A DNA stretch of 63,608 nt, filler included, from Albugo candida (lineage: Eukaryota): the NCBI GenBank assembly GCA_040437565.1. It is 8 parts of 8 records of this genome, joined end to end, with 100 filler letters (N's around TTAATTAATTAA, not from the genome) between each part and the next. Parts side by side here need not be neighbours in the genome. Positions count along the whole stretch, not along the records: positions 33,097 to 40,710 come from JBDOQK010000127.1; positions 40,811 to 48,409 come from JBDOQK010000128.1; positions 48,510 to 56,081 come from JBDOQK010000129.1; 5 more parts are not named here. One strand, 5' to 3'. The stretch's first letter is position 1; every line of letters starts with the position of its first letter. A program made the translations under genes and the position numbers. The notes beneath the pieces are model-generated. The model was not told where the DNA came from. It searched no databases and saw only the letters and a list, made by a program, of their open reading frames with translations. Positions 38,761-51,990 of this stretch are shown here, one piece after another.

Positions 38761-39049
38761 AACAACCCTCCCCAGATTGCGGATCATTGTCGCTCGACAG
38801 CTTTCCAAACAATTGCTTTGGTCCCTGCCGATCGTTTACGGAAAAGCCGTTCATGCAAAGTCACAATGGTAACCGACTTCTGTAGGGTATTTGCGTCATG
38901 ATCCGAGTCTGTATGAATGCCCAGTGGATCTGACGCGATTTCGTGGAATAACATATATATTCCTGGCCACATTACCCTCAGAATCGTGTAGAGAGAAAGG
39001 GATTTTGCGTGGTGTTGCGATCGTTTTCACAGATGACAATTAGCCGCTC

Positions 39050-40000
39050 ATCTGACTCTGGAAGGATTCAGAAATGTGATTTAGAGTGGTGTCATTTACA
39101 GCTTCAAGGTAGCCTTTGGCCGACTTTGGTTTACATAGACAAATATGGTAGAGTAACGCTAGGCGGCACGCAGAGCACAGGATTTCAGATTGGACGATAT
39201 GCAGTGAAGAAATACTTTGTAGAAGCCATTTCCATATAAAATCGCGGCGTCAAGACGACCCACGGATTCGTATGCGCTGAAAAGTTAGATCAGCAGTGTG
39301 GCCAGCTGACGGGGATCCAACTGCGTGCAATCACAATGGTTGTGATATATTTTGATGGCTCGTTTAGGCTCACACATGGACATGAGTCGTATATGTTGCC
39401 ATATAAATAAGAGGCTTGGTTGTTGGTATCATACTTTCCATACACATCGATCTCAGATTCTTTACGTTTGCTGGTTTCACAACTTGTCTCAAAGTATCAA
39501 GTTCCAAAACCAATTCAGCAGTCGTTGCATAGTTTTGCTTCGAGTCAAAAGCCTTCACAGGGTCGAATATCTAGCATACTTCTTCCCAAGCGCATAAGCT
39601 GCGAACAAGTACGCCGTCGTGCTCGGTAGTTTAATGTAAAAGCTTGATGATCCATCGAAACTGCTGCTGAACAGCGCGCTGATAGCGGCCACATATCAAC
39701 CAGGCAGTATGGGGGCGACTCGGATCTGTTTTGCAACGTCAAAGGCATCGACATGCTTTTGATGAAAGACTGTAAGTGCAATGAGAGCGCTAACTCGCGA
39801 GTTTGTTGAGAGATCCGTCCACGCCAATGTTTCACGATCAACGACATATGCGACAGCCTCAAAGTGTTCTCAGGATGCGGTCACGCTGTTGGATCAAAAC
39901 TCGATCTGTCGTTTGCTTTGTTGGCCCATTTGGATAGCGCAAGATCCGAATGCTGGAATGAGATCAAGAGCAACACTGCGGCCTGTGATGCCGAGAAGAT
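39050..40000 (-). pseudogene. TRF4/Cid1-like non-canonical poly(A) polymerase remnant
   Basis: LSLHLQSFIKSMSM..SPPYCLVDM (cf. LK.FL..LN...GGLSSY.L..M) and QLATLLI*LFSAY (PAP-associated motif), with stops. Confidence 0.45.
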
Positions 40001-40823
40001 AGCGACATGCTCGAGAAGAAATTCCTCTAATCAGCAGTTTTTAGTAAGCCCTCGAGCCCCCAAAGAGCTTCCTATTCATGCTGGGCTCCATCCTACACCA
40101 GCACAGTCGCCATTCCAAGACAACTCACATTGGATAACAGCGAACGATGTTGCTTAAGGCACTCGATAGCCTTTTTCGGCTGATTTTCCTTCAAACTGGC
40201 CATTTCCAATCGTTCTCTCTGTGAATTTTGCTGTAAATTATTTCGAGCGAGAATCATTGCAGATATCCGATTTCCATCAATCTGACTGATCCATCCCCCG
40301 TGGGAATCACTAGAAAGTAGCTTTTCTGTCCTATTGGATGCCTGTGCACTTTGTCCATGTTAATATAATTCCGAGTAATAAAGCTCAACGCTCAATGTAT
40401 TTCAAGTGATTGCATTGAATGGATCGCTTTCGAGAAGTTTGTGAAGATAAGACACCACTTTTGCGCGACTACCGAGTCCATCCTCAATTTCTAAGTCGTT
40501 TGCTCGATAGAGTAGTGAGAACGCAAGACCCAATAAGGCTTCCGTATCAAAGTCTACTCTAAGAGCACATGCGAACGCTTGGATGGTGAGGTGAGCTGCT
40601 TGATCTGATTTTTCGAATTGATGAAAAAGCCATTGCCGAGCCACATTCCCGTATGATCAGAATTCACATCTTGCAGCTTGAGAAACACATCCTTTTCTAA
40701 AGCAAAAGACNNNNNNNNNNNNNNNNNNNNNNNNNNNNNNNNNNNNNNNNNNNNTTAATTAATTAANNNNNNNNNNNNNNNNNNNNNNNNNNNNNNNNNN
40801 NNNNNNNNNNTCGTCGATAAAGA

Positions 40824-43013
40824 TTAGACACAAGGCCTAGTACAAGCAAAATATAATGCCCAAGCGCGACTTAGTCCGTCGTCAAGTGCGCATTCTAGAA
40901 GTACTTTGCATGCTTCGTGCTTATCAATGAGGCTGTAATTCGTAAAAAGTAGAGACGTCCAGCCGGAATTACATTCTCGCCATTTTTTGACTGCATCAAG
41001 CTTACACAGAATGGTTTTCCATTCTTCCTGAACAAAACCCCTTCGACGAAATGCTTCCATTGCCGGTATGACGGGGAGCATTTGAATGCCATGAATACAC
41101 TCTTTATTTGGACTGAACCAGGTCGCATAATCACACTTATTATCAAACATGATACCTGTGACTTTATTGTTTCGAAACTCTGGAGGATGTGTGACGTTAT
41201 CTTTGGAGATAAGAAAGTAGGTTGAAATTGTCAAGGCTTCCAGCTTCATCATCAAACTACCAGCAACTTGTAAGCGCACATTGTGAACAACTCGACCATA
41301 AAGTGCAAGTCCATAGAAGAAATTGATATCCTCTGACATGCTTTCCACATCTTTTCCATCAGCCATCGGTGTGATCCCATGAGAGTACGAATGCCCATAG
41401 TACCAGTTGAAGTTTCGAAAGGATGGAAAATAAGGATTGTGGTGGGAATCTGTGTTTGCGACGTCATTAATTAGGCTCTCAGTCACACTTTTGAGTAGAT
41501 CGGCTTCGTGGGATTGAGCCAATTCCGAATCCAGGAATAACAAAATGGCCACCGCTGTGATAAAATATCCGTAGTGGTAATGATGGTCATTATAAGCCAA
41601 GCTGCCAAAGTCGACATGGATATCATTTTTCTTAAGACCCTCACTAGACACGATCCCTTTGTATAATGTGTCGTAAACAAGCGGAAAAGATGATTTATTC
41701 TCTGCAAACAGTAAAAGATATTGTTTCAATTTCTGTCGTATCGCCACGCTGAGATTTACCATCGCGGGGTTTTCTGTTAGAATTGCCAATTTGGCGGACA
41801 ATAAACATAAACTTCCGATCTTTTGCAGTGCTTTGCCTCGAAAGTAATAGCTTGCTTGTGGATTCTTTGCATTCGGCCAGTCTTCAGCTTCAATTTCGCT
41901 TCGTAAGATCTCGCACAATTTTAGCTGCGTGATGTCTTGCATTGATATCTCACGTGGCGAATAAAATTGAAGGCATGCATCCACCGTTTGGTCGATATCA
42001 CAAGGAATGACAAAGTGCCATTGTAAGGCATTACGAGTCAAAAATGCTCGCATGAGACCTCGAGTATGACTGTATAACGATAGCATAGGCATCAATTGCA
42101 GATTACTACCACATAGTGATTTCATATGGTGTTCCAGTGCGAAATGCAGAAACTGAGATGCATTATGTCCATCGACACAGTTCTGAACATCCCATACAAT
42201 ATTGTAGCTCGTGGTAGATCCACCCTCATCGAAGCAAAAGTTTCCTCCATTCACATATACGCCAGCAACAGAGTCATATATTTCATCAACCTGCTCGAAA
42301 TTCTCATAAGGCAGAATTGCGGCTTGCACGGCGCCAGTGAATTTTTCTCTTGTGGTAAGGTGGTCACCTTGGAATATGAGTTCATGATCCACAGTGCTGA
42401 AAAGGTACAAACACCAATGCTGATTGTTGTTGAGGGATATAACCAGTTTTTTGCCGCAATAGACGTTCCCCACAATCCCGGGCTTATGATTGATTGACAA
42501 GATAGCGTGTCCAAATGAGATTTTTGCGTGTAAATTTACGTAGTGTACTGTCGTAAATGCTGACCCCGTTGCCAAATATGTTTCCATTGATTGTGCGACC
42601 TCACTCGAATGAGCCTCATGAGACCATTGTAATCGAACTCCGATATCGTCCCATCCATTTATTTTGAAGTTTGTAGTTTCATCGAATTCTACTGCTCCAA
42701 AAATCACACCTTTTATAGTTGCTGGGAAGAAGTAGTATTTAATAGCATCATTATCGTTTTTGGGACCTTTAACCATGTACTGAAACAAGTAGCTTGTTGA
42801 GAGGCTTGTCACTGAAACTTGTAGAGTGTAAGGGCTTGAAAAGACAGGGTCGCTCTCTTGTCGATCCTTCCAGGCTAGCAAATTACCCCACCAATCATTT
42901 GTTGGAATAGCAATCGCATCTCCGAGATGCTTTACAAAATGAGGATATATAATTTTACACAAATCTCCGGTCTTTTGAAAGACCTCTGAGGGTGGGGAAG
43001 CGAACAGAGTCAT
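40824..43013 (-). CDS. Endo-1,3(4)-beta-glucanase, glycoside hydrolase family 81
   Basis: IPTNDWWGNL, DFG..YNDHHYHYGYF, FRNFNWYYGHS, DGKDVESMSEDINF, IHGIQMLP. Intronless; first ATG at 43013. Confidence 0.93.
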   Translation of the reverse strand: MTLFASPPSEVFQKTGDLCKIIYPHFVKHLGDAIAIPTNDWWGNLLAWKDRQESDPVFSSPYTLQVSVTSLSTSYLFQYMVKGPKNDNDAIKYYFFPATIKGVIFGAVEFDETTNFKINGWDDIGVRLQWSHEAHSSEVAQSMETYLATGSAFTTVHYVNLHAKISFGHAILSINHKPGIVGNVYCGKKLVISLNNNQHWCLYLFSTVDHELIFQGDHLTTREKFTGAVQAAILPYENFEQVDEIYDSVAGVYVNGGNFCFDEGGSTTSYNIVWDVQNCVDGHNASQFLHFALEHHMKSLCGSNLQLMPMLSLYSHTRGLMRAFLTRNALQWHFVIPCDIDQTVDACLQFYSPREISMQDITQLKLCEILRSEIEAEDWPNAKNPQASYYFRGKALQKIGSLCLLSAKLAILTENPAMVNLSVAIRQKLKQYLLLFAENKSSFPLVYDTLYKGIVSSEGLKKNDIHVDFGSLAYNDHHYHYGYFITAVAILLFLDSELAQSHEADLLKSVTESLINDVANTDSHHNPYFPSFRNFNWYYGHSYSHGITPMADGKDVESMSEDINFFYGLALYGRVVHNVRLQVAGSLMMKLEALTISTYFLISKDNVTHPPEFRNNKVTGIMFDNKCDYATWFSPNKECIHGIQMLPVIPAMEAFRRRGFVQEEWKTILCKLDAVKKWRECNSGWTSLLFTNYSLIDKHEACKVLLECALDDGLSRAWALYFACTRPCV

Positions 43014-43121
43014 TGCTAACCGACAAAAATAGAACGTGCACGCTGGACAGTCCAAGATACGGTAGAATCAGATCAACTCAATTTTTATTAAATGGTGTGC
43101 ATTCAATGTCTGATTATCAAG

Positions 43122-43688
43122 TCATGTCTCAAGAAAATGAGCTCGTAACTTTTGTATACTTTTGTATCGATGCGATAGCGTGTTTTTCATCTCTTTGTCC
43201 ATTTCTGCGTACGTTTGTGAGTACCCGTGCGGTTGGAAAATTGAATCCCAGCCAAAGTTATTTGACCCTCGAGCAGGAACAATAATGCCTTCTGTTCGCC
43301 CGATGAAAAGTTTGGGCTCCAAATCATCGGAGCCGTCGGCATATGCGACTATCGTTTGCGCGTATGCGGATTTGTCTTCATATGCTTGCAATAGATTATT
43401 AAGCCCCGTGTGCCCAATTTTCTCTAAGAACCATTTGATGTAAGGTCCAGGAAGACCCCCTAAAGCATTGAAGCAAAGTGATGTATCCTCCACAAAAACT
43501 GGCCCATTGATTCGTTGTGCTGCTTGCTTGCATTTTGCGATTGCAACATCAGTTGGGTCACCTTGCAATTCCGGTAAATCGAGTTCTTGACTGCGCAATA
43601 CAAAGGGGACATCTGACCCAAGGATCACAGAGATCTCATTCAATTTGTTTCTGTTTCCAGTTATAAACGTAATGATTGGTTTAGACAT
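43122..43688 (-). CDS. ITPA: Inosine triphosphate pyrophosphatase (HAM1/ITPA)
   Basis: [44 protein letters not shown]. Confidence 0.95.
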   Translation of the reverse strand: MSKPIITFITGNRNKLNEISVILGSDVPFVLRSQELDLPELQGDPTDVAIAKCKQAAQRINGPVFVEDTSLCFNALGGLPGPYIKWFLEKIGHTGLNNLLQAYEDKSAYAQTIVAYADGSDDLEPKLFIGRTEGIIVPARGSNNFGWDSIFQPHGYSQTYAEMDKEMKNTLSHRYKSIQKLRAHFLET

Positions 43689-46600
43689 ATTTCCAAAGCG
43701 ACTATTGAGGTTGCATGAAAGTAGCGTGTCAATTGATGACATTCTCATCAGACATCGCTTACGCAAAGAGCAGTCGAAGACACTCAGTAACTGTACGGCG
43801 ATGTACCGATCATGTTCGTTTTAGATCTCCTGTATGTCTTTGAACGTGAGAAAACGTTTGCTTTAACATGTGGAGCTTTAAATTTCCAGTCGGGCACTTT
43901 CTTAATCAGTCGGGGCGTATGAGTTGGCTTGTGGCTTGCTGGCAGATTCGTGATCTCGAAGAAAAATGACACCACAGTTTTTGCAGTGTCTATAACTAGG
44001 ATTCTTTGGTTTGGATCCCCGACCGCGAGCAGGAAGATTCGCTGCAGAATTGTGGATTTCGAGGGATTTTATCTGTTAAAGAACTGCAGATGCGTTCTAG
44101 TGAGTGCTCGCACTCCGTAAACATGAATTTACTCAGCAGGACTGAAGTCTGAGAATTTGTGTAGGGCGTCATAAGAAAGCTTCACACGTTCTGCCTGAGG
44201 TGTTTAAGTGATTCGGGGAACTCGTTTGGGGGCCGTAAACTCGATATAACCAAGCATGTTGGCACTGATTCTGTCTATAAATTGACCTGAAGCCATACTA
44301 ACTCATTGTGTCAAGTCGCATACTCTTCCAGTAGCATCTTGCTTCTCTTCTTCTTGCGTAACATTGTAACATCCAAGAATCCCTCCTACTCGAATCCGAC
44401 CAGTCTACGCCCCCATGCACTCTCGTACATTATTTGAACCAAATGGCGTCTATTCATATACATACAGCGAATTTAGTGGGCCGTAGATCTACTATGCCTT
44501 GATCATCCTTGATCCTACGTACAGGAAGAATTCAAGTCAGTTGTAACCATGCTTTGGATATGCTGAATAGCTCATTGTGTATAAATCACGGTGACAATGT
44601 ACCATAGCCGATGGAAAAGTCTGATTCGAGCATCCTTGTTCGCCATTTATTTGGGCACTAAACATTTATTTGAAAATTCCAGTTTGCCGAATGAATGATA
44701 ATTGAACTTTTCTGTACTCTACATCGAACAAGCAACATGCTCGATATACGCTTGATACAAGATCGAGGGCAACATCTTTGTTTAGTATGCATTACCTCAC
44801 TGATATTTGGCCAAGCAAAAATGTAAGCTTTTCTATTAGTTAACCCATATCAATATTCTAGTTCTGGTTGGCTCAAAAAAATGTTGCGCATGTGGTAGTC
44901 TAAACCAATTACAACAAATAGCATTAGTTCTACTGTACTTGTTATACTTGGAACGCCTAAGAAAAATGACGCACTACATAGTCAATCGATGCTATCTTTC
45001 AGATATGCAAATATATGTGTAACAATTGGTTATGGTATTCTTGAATAGTGTCTGGATCATGGGACAAAGTCAGTTTCAATGTGTAGGCCTAAGTAAACGC
45101 AATTTCATTCTAGTGCTGTACTTCATCAGACACAGGAATGGCGTGTGACATTGAGCGATTCGTCGTTCCATAAAGTTGTGATTCACCTTACAATTTTTCC
45201 TTTCTAGCAACACGCTTTCCATGTTCAAAACTGTACACTTGATTGCAGATGGTCACAATGATTCGAATCATATTGTCATTGCGTTCTCAAATCGAAGCTA
45301 ATTGTTTCCATGTCAACAGATGAAGATGTCTTTCACAACGAGTAAAACAGGACAACTTCTTCATTCTGATCTCGATTGAGTGAATCTGATAGGTGATGCC
45401 AAAATTTAGAGGTTGAGGCTTTTGCAAAATTTGCACAACTTGGAAACACCTCTGTTTTTCTCCTTCAAATGATATATTCCTGCACTCTCACAACTGAATA
45501 GGCATTGAATTTCACCTCATGGTCCCATTTGTCTCAAGAGGTACCAAGCTCTGCCTTTCGCATATATCCAACTTCTTTGTAGATGGCAAACTTTTAAGCT
45601 CGATTATAGACACCGGCTCAGAGGAAAAAGTCAGGAAATTTCTCACCGCAGCCGGCAGTATCACTTTCCAGTAGTGTGCACTTTTCGAGTGAATGATTTC
45701 AAACAGAAAAGATTCTTCGGCCTCGGGTATACCTAGCAATGTGGTCAACAAAGAATGCAAATCGTGTAGCGGGTGTGAGTTTTGACTTTGGGCCGGAGCT
45801 CGGTTTATATGCTTTTCGATCCTTCAGACCGGCAGAAATATCTTTTGAGGCATGCGATAGACCTAGAAGCACTAGTTTCCATTAGCGCGAAGATAGAAAT
45901 GAATTGTAGAGGACTCATCAAGAGCATGTGGGGAGATCTTTGAACTTTGCATACCAATGACAAACCTCAAGCACTGACCGTTCTCTTAAAACGGCATTGA
46001 GAAATGAAAAGAGCTCACGCAGTACATGCTCAACACGGTAATTCTAGCAAGGATGGCGATCAGTACCTTCCTGATCAATATAATGAAAAGCCTCCTTTTT
46101 TTCTCATTGAACCCACATTCCTCTTGTATATCTAGACAGGAGGCATGTATCAAGACATGCAATTGCGGACAGTGCTTCACCGAAGCCCTACTTGGAGTCT
46201 GAGATCGGCATCTTGAGAATGCGCATGGCTTCTATCATAACGCATAATCAAATTCTAGGACTTCGAATGAGTCTAATTTCAAGGACCAGCAGTGGACTTG
46301 TTAGACCTGAGATGGTCGCAACAAACGATCACTGCAATTAGAACGAGGGAAACGACGTATCAATGGAAACTCTTGCCCACAGCTTAAGTGCTAGCTTTGC
46401 ACCCATGCTTTAGTGTAAGTTGGATAAAGGCGGGTATGGGAAGATTTTCCACATAAGCGGACAAGAGTGGAGCCGCCCCAGCTCAAGACGCTCGAGTAAA
46501 ATTGTTCAAATGTAGTACTCATGTTTCAACACCGTTTGTTTCTACAGTTTGGTGGTTATCTACTACATTCTAATCACAAGTATTGTTGCTCTGAGAAACT

Positions 46601-47923
46601 TTTGTACAGTTTTTCTCTGGTGTAGTTGCCAGCGGTCTTGGCACGTCCATAGCTTTCATTAAGTAGGGTGACATTTACGTGGAATTTGAGGAATCTTTGC
46701 CTCCGCCGAGGGGTCCCACCGCAGTCCATGGTGAGTCAGTCCAAATGGTGGAACAAGCCGGCGTCCCCGCTGGAAATCGCTGGTTCGATCTCCGATCTGG
46801 GCAGCGATGAACTCACACAAGCGGATGCTTGAAGAACTTCTGTCTCCCCAGGTTTGCAACAAGACTAAAGTGATATTACACGGTCAAAGGCTAATGATAG
46901 GTTAACGAAAATAGTTGAGGAGCCAGATAAACAGTGTAATGAAATCTACGGAATAAAAGCTGACAAGAAAGCAAGTAAATTGGCTGACAAGAAAAGGATC
47001 ATCGTTTGGGATTCGATGAAGAAAATAGTATCATAGTACGCTGATCGAAGTTTACATCCCATAATCGTGCTGGGCGGAACACTACTATCTTGTGGCATTG
47101 AGAATTTTTGGCCGAGGTTCTGGGCAATGCGCTGTAAGAGAAAAAAATTTGGGTCCGTTTTCTCCCACGATCGAAGCTGATATCAACCAGAACCTTTATT
47201 TATTTTATCAGCATGCATTTCAGTATGCACTTATCACTGGTATCCGATTATCAGCGGATGCCTAGTTATGATCGGAAAGGAAAGATAGGCGCATGACTTG
47301 TAACACATGCTAAACACAATAGATTTGTCCGTCACAATAGCTCTCTAAAAGTATACAATCACGGGATGATGAAATGGGATTATAGCTAGATTGCATCATA
47401 TATGTCTCCCGGAAGGATGCTGATAAGTATCGGGCGTAGGAACGTCAATGCTGAATCTAAGACGGACCTAGCGACGATTCCTTCTGACTTGTAGTCAAAC
47501 TAGTAATATCAATGTTTACGCAGGTGAAGTACTGGCCAAGAACATATGGGTATATCGTAGGAGATGATTATGTGACAAGATAGAAATCATCTCTTCACGT
47601 ATTACCATCGGTCAAATTATGATTTACTTAAGTCAAACTAATCATGCTACCGTGTCATCTACTTTTGTATTCGACGCTTCGAGGAAAGGAAAGCATTGTG
47701 CAGATGCGTTATTCAAACGGTTCTGTATAATTTAGCTAAAAGGATCGAATGGAGAATGAGTACAGTAGTGTCATTCACGACTGCATGCATTTCGGTGGAG
47801 CTAGAAATGCAAAAACACACTGCAAGACGAAATGGACACACTCAATTTGATAAGTGATCTGTACGTCTGCAGGAAATGTGGTCAAATATAGTCATGAATT
47901 GGCTAATTTTATGCTTCCATAGT

Positions 47924-48107
47924 TGTAACGCCGGCAGGAGGAAGTGAGAGGAAGCAAAGGAAGATATTTGCTGGCGGAGCTTTGTTTGATAAAAAATAAA
48001 AAGTGGGATTGTTTTGATTAAAGAATCCTAGTTCACCTATCTGATTGGCTAATCCGGTTTTCCAACAATATAGAAGTATGCATGCATGTACAATGGAGGT
48101 TGTTACA
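47924..48107 (-). repeat. 3' LTR (184 bp) of a Gypsy element
   Basis: Bounded by TGTAAC...GTTACA and preceded on the minus strand by purine run GGGAGGA, directly after the chromodomain stop. Confidence 0.7.
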
Positions 48108-48409
48108 TCCTCCCGGAATTGACTTCTCGTTATCGCTTCTCGAAATCGGCGATGAGAACATTCCAATGAGAAACATGACGAATATCTTGCTCCCGCTCAC
48201 ATGCAGCTTCGTGCTCGAGTAATCCATGCCATTTCACGAGCCATTCAGGTTTACGATTAAATTGACGCTTCTGAACAAGCTGTTCTATGATGTGCATCGT
48301 GTCGCCACTGTCCTCGTCGAAACAAAAGTCGGGATGATTTCGAAATCGGACGAGTTTGAAATCGCGGTAGATTTCCCACATAGTGACTCAGCACGTCAAT
48401 ATTGAAAGT
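48108..48409 (-). mobile_element. Gypsy chromodomain-bearing pol 3' end
   Basis: HIIEQLVQKRQFNRKPEWLVKWHGLLEHEAACE (chromodomain). Confidence 0.8.
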
Positions 48410-51149
48410 NNNNNNNNNNNNNNNNNNNNNNNNNNNNNNNNNNNNNNNNNNNNTTAATTAATTAANNNNNNNNNNNNNNNNNNNNNNNNNNNNNNNNNNN
48501 NNNNNNNNNCATGCATGCATGCGATACTATTTTTGCATCATTATTGCAGCATCTTTCAGAACCTATTATCATACAGATGAGATGTCCTTTAATGATAGAT
48601 GCTTAGCGAGACTGACTTTGCTTTATGCTCGTTTCCGGCAGATCATTTCTTATTAATGTTTTTTTTTCGCATTGATACGAATTTGTTCCTCAGCGAGCGT
48701 AAATATTATCAGAGCTATGATTCGACCTGTTTCGGCAAATAACCATTTTGAAGTGATGCTCAAATGTCTGATAGGTGTTCGCATTACTGGGATACAAAAG
48801 CTCGAGGAATTGTAGTTGCGTGATAATATTCTCCAAGACTCGATCGTTTTCCTCAGTAACAGCCTTTCACTCGGATGTCAGGCGAGTAATATAAGCGCAA
48901 CAGATATTCACTCCACGATGAACTTGCACAATTTGATTTGTATAAAATGTGCTTCATGAGCTTTCTTGTTATGCCTTTTCCAGATCCTTTACTCCAATTT
49001 ACGAATTTTGCTTTAGTACTTCACATATTCATAATCGAATGTATGTTATCAAAGATCATGAGCGCGCAACATTCGCAGTAGCCTGCAACTATAAGTAAAC
49101 ATTCTGTAGCTGCTTCTCTAACCTTCTGACTCGTCCATGTTTCATTTTATAAAATCAATAAAAAAATTACCTTCCTTGTGCAGCTCATCATCATCAGTAT
49201 ATCTTACTCGAATCTCGACTACATGTACAACATTCCTTTTTTCCTTTCGATTGATTTATGTGGTTGACGTTGTAGAGCACCCTCTTGCAGAGTCGGCTTT
49301 ATTTTGGCTGTCTAAATAGTATCTGAGAGGTATTTTGATCTTTGCCTCCCAGTAAACCACCTGTATGCCTGGAGCTACTTTCTGTCAGGTTTTGAAACCC
49401 ACTTGTTGTGCAAGTTTCATCATCCTCCAATTCTATAATGTACCTACACTTGAACATCAGAAATTAGTTATTTCTATCTACCGAATGTAACAGTGCGTTC
49501 CGTGCGTCGATCTCACGATATATGCATACGGGCCAAAAAAGCGGCGAAGTGATCGCTTGCTTCACAGCATCCAGGCAAGCTGAACCATTGCTTTCGGTAC
49601 TGCAGGAGTGATACCCACTACTATTCGTTGCATCGAAACGGAAAAGGAATTTGCAGACTCAAAGCACTGAATAGCACTTAATTCCGAAAATCAAACCGAC
49701 AGCGTGGTCGGAGCAGGTACCAATACTCAACATCGTGATGGAGTAGTATTGGGTCTTCATGCTGTGGTTCGTTACTGGAATCCGGGTCTTGTTCGCCATT
49801 TTCGGTGCACGATTATGCGTTGGTGCCACTCATACTAATAGCAATATTTCAGCTGTGTGAAGCATTTGATCAACTCCCCGCTTTTTGCAGTCCCTTGGTA
49901 AATCGTGAGATCAACACACGCAATGTTTTGATATATTAGGTCGATGGAGTTGAAATAATTGATTCCGACTGGACAATTTATTCGATTGTGTATCTTAGCA
50001 TTCATAGTTGCTGAATCGTGAACGGCAAAGAGACTTGCATTAGAAATCACTCTTGGTGGAGACGTCTTTGAGCTCTCTGATTGGTTTCACTGCAGACTTG
50101 TATGTACATTTGACACGTACCGATCACATAAGAGCATTTACTCCTGAAAAGTAATCATCGTTTATATTTGTGCTTTCGTGATGAAGGTCCCACTGAGAAG
50201 GACTACCACCTGGATATATCTGTTCATCGCGTGATAATGACAAACTTGGAACCCGCGAAGCCAAGAAGCTGAAGCACGGCTACATGCCTTTTCAATTTAT
50301 CCCAAAATCAACAGATTGATGAGGCAAATGAAAGAATTCATCGTCAAAGGCCAAAAGCGGGTGTCTGGTTGCAAAAAGACTCGAGTGCTTTATGGTTTAC
50401 GGACACAGTATCAGTAAAAAAGCGTCGACTGCACTACAGTGCTATTGTGGACGGCTTATGCGATTGCTGCCACAGGTATCGAACATCAGTTTGAGTACTC
50501 GATGTGATTAAGCAAAACTTCATTCAAATTCGTAAAGTGCAATTGTACTGCTTGTAGCGTATGTTTCCATTGTAAGAGTCTATTCGATGAACTCCTAAAG
50601 GATCCGGTCCCTTATACGATCGTCTGCTATTTACTAACCAGAGTCAGAAGTAATACCAGTGTGATTGTGCCAAGATGCTGGAAGATACGAGCCGCATGTG
50701 AAATGTGGCAGAGCATGCGACGACTTCCAATATATTTACCTATAAGGTATGCGAAACGCCGTATCGTACGTCTGTTTGGATATGGCGGTAAAAAATCCCA
50801 TTGCAAAAGAAAAGAAATCTATTGCAAAATGATAAAATAAATGCGTTGGAACCTGAAAAGGAATGCCTAGAGTCTGGCCCCGATAAAACCGAGCTGTCGA
50901 GTACCTGCGAATCGCATCAACGATCGGTAATGCTGCCGATTATTACCAATTAGACGACCTCCTCTCGCAAAGGCATGAGAACGCATCAAATGCTCTCACG
51001 GAGGCGCTTGTTCCGATGAAGAAATTTAATGCACACAATAATGCGACAATGACCCAAAAGATATCCGCAAAAAACGTCATACGGTGCATCAAAAATTTCA
51101 AAACAAACAATCAACTGAGTGTCCAACGCGTCGAAAAACATTTTGATTC

Positions 51150-51990
51150 TGTTTTTGGGATCACAATACAGAAAATTCGGATACTATGGAGAAAGAGGTC
51201 GAGGGAGTTCATCTGATTCGAAACGCATCCATCAGCAATCTGATTATCAATCAAGTTCGAATGAGAAATATTTTCTTCTCTCAGCGCACTCCGCTGCCAA
51301 ATTTTGCTGTGAAGTGGTATGAAGCCGCTATGAAGCAACACGCTTCTGCGGTAAATCTACCCAGCAAGTTGAAGGAGGTGCAGGGTGAAAGATTGTAATG
51401 CTTCCTTACGACGGCGTAAGTACTGCTGAACCTGCGTTTCTCAGAATCGAGCATTTTTCCGTTCAATACTTTGTCAAAGTCGCCGAGTTACCACGGCTTA
51501 GAAGAGTGTCATGTTGCAGCGGATATTCTCAGCGCTTTGATGATGCTCGAAACTGCAGCGAAAAAGGGCGTAGGGTGGTGTGTTCTTCCAGGCTCGATTG
51601 TACCGTTTCGCGATACTAAAAGAAACGTTGCAATCGATACTCTCAAGTTTCGATTTTTTTTGGATACAGCAGTTGATCGAAAAGATAGGGATGATCTTTT
51701 CTTCTTGGCTGATATGTACTACCATGGAATACATGACGCTGCGCAACAATTGTACCAACAAGCTATCATCGTTGGAAATGTCGATGCATATTGTTTTTTC
51801 GGATCCATTTCCTATCACGGAGAAGGAAACGGAGTCGAGCGGGATTAGCATGCTGCATTTCAGTACTATAAGCAATCTGCCGATCGTACTTCACGCCAGG
51901 CCTGGAATAATTTCGCTAAAATGCACGATTTTGGTCGAGGCGTTCTAGAGAATCCAGACTGGGCAAATTAAATACAAAAGATGCTTATAA
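51150..51990 (+). pseudogene. Sel1-like repeat protein remnant
   Basis: AVKWYEAA, LADMYYHG..AAQQLYQQA..GNVDAYCFFG..GEGNGVERD*HAAFQYY. Confidence 0.6.

Noticed and set aside
43122-43688. ITPase as part of a deaminated-base defence system with the MUG genes
   Set aside because: Ordinary housekeeping gene on a different contig, about 39 kb and several gaps away.
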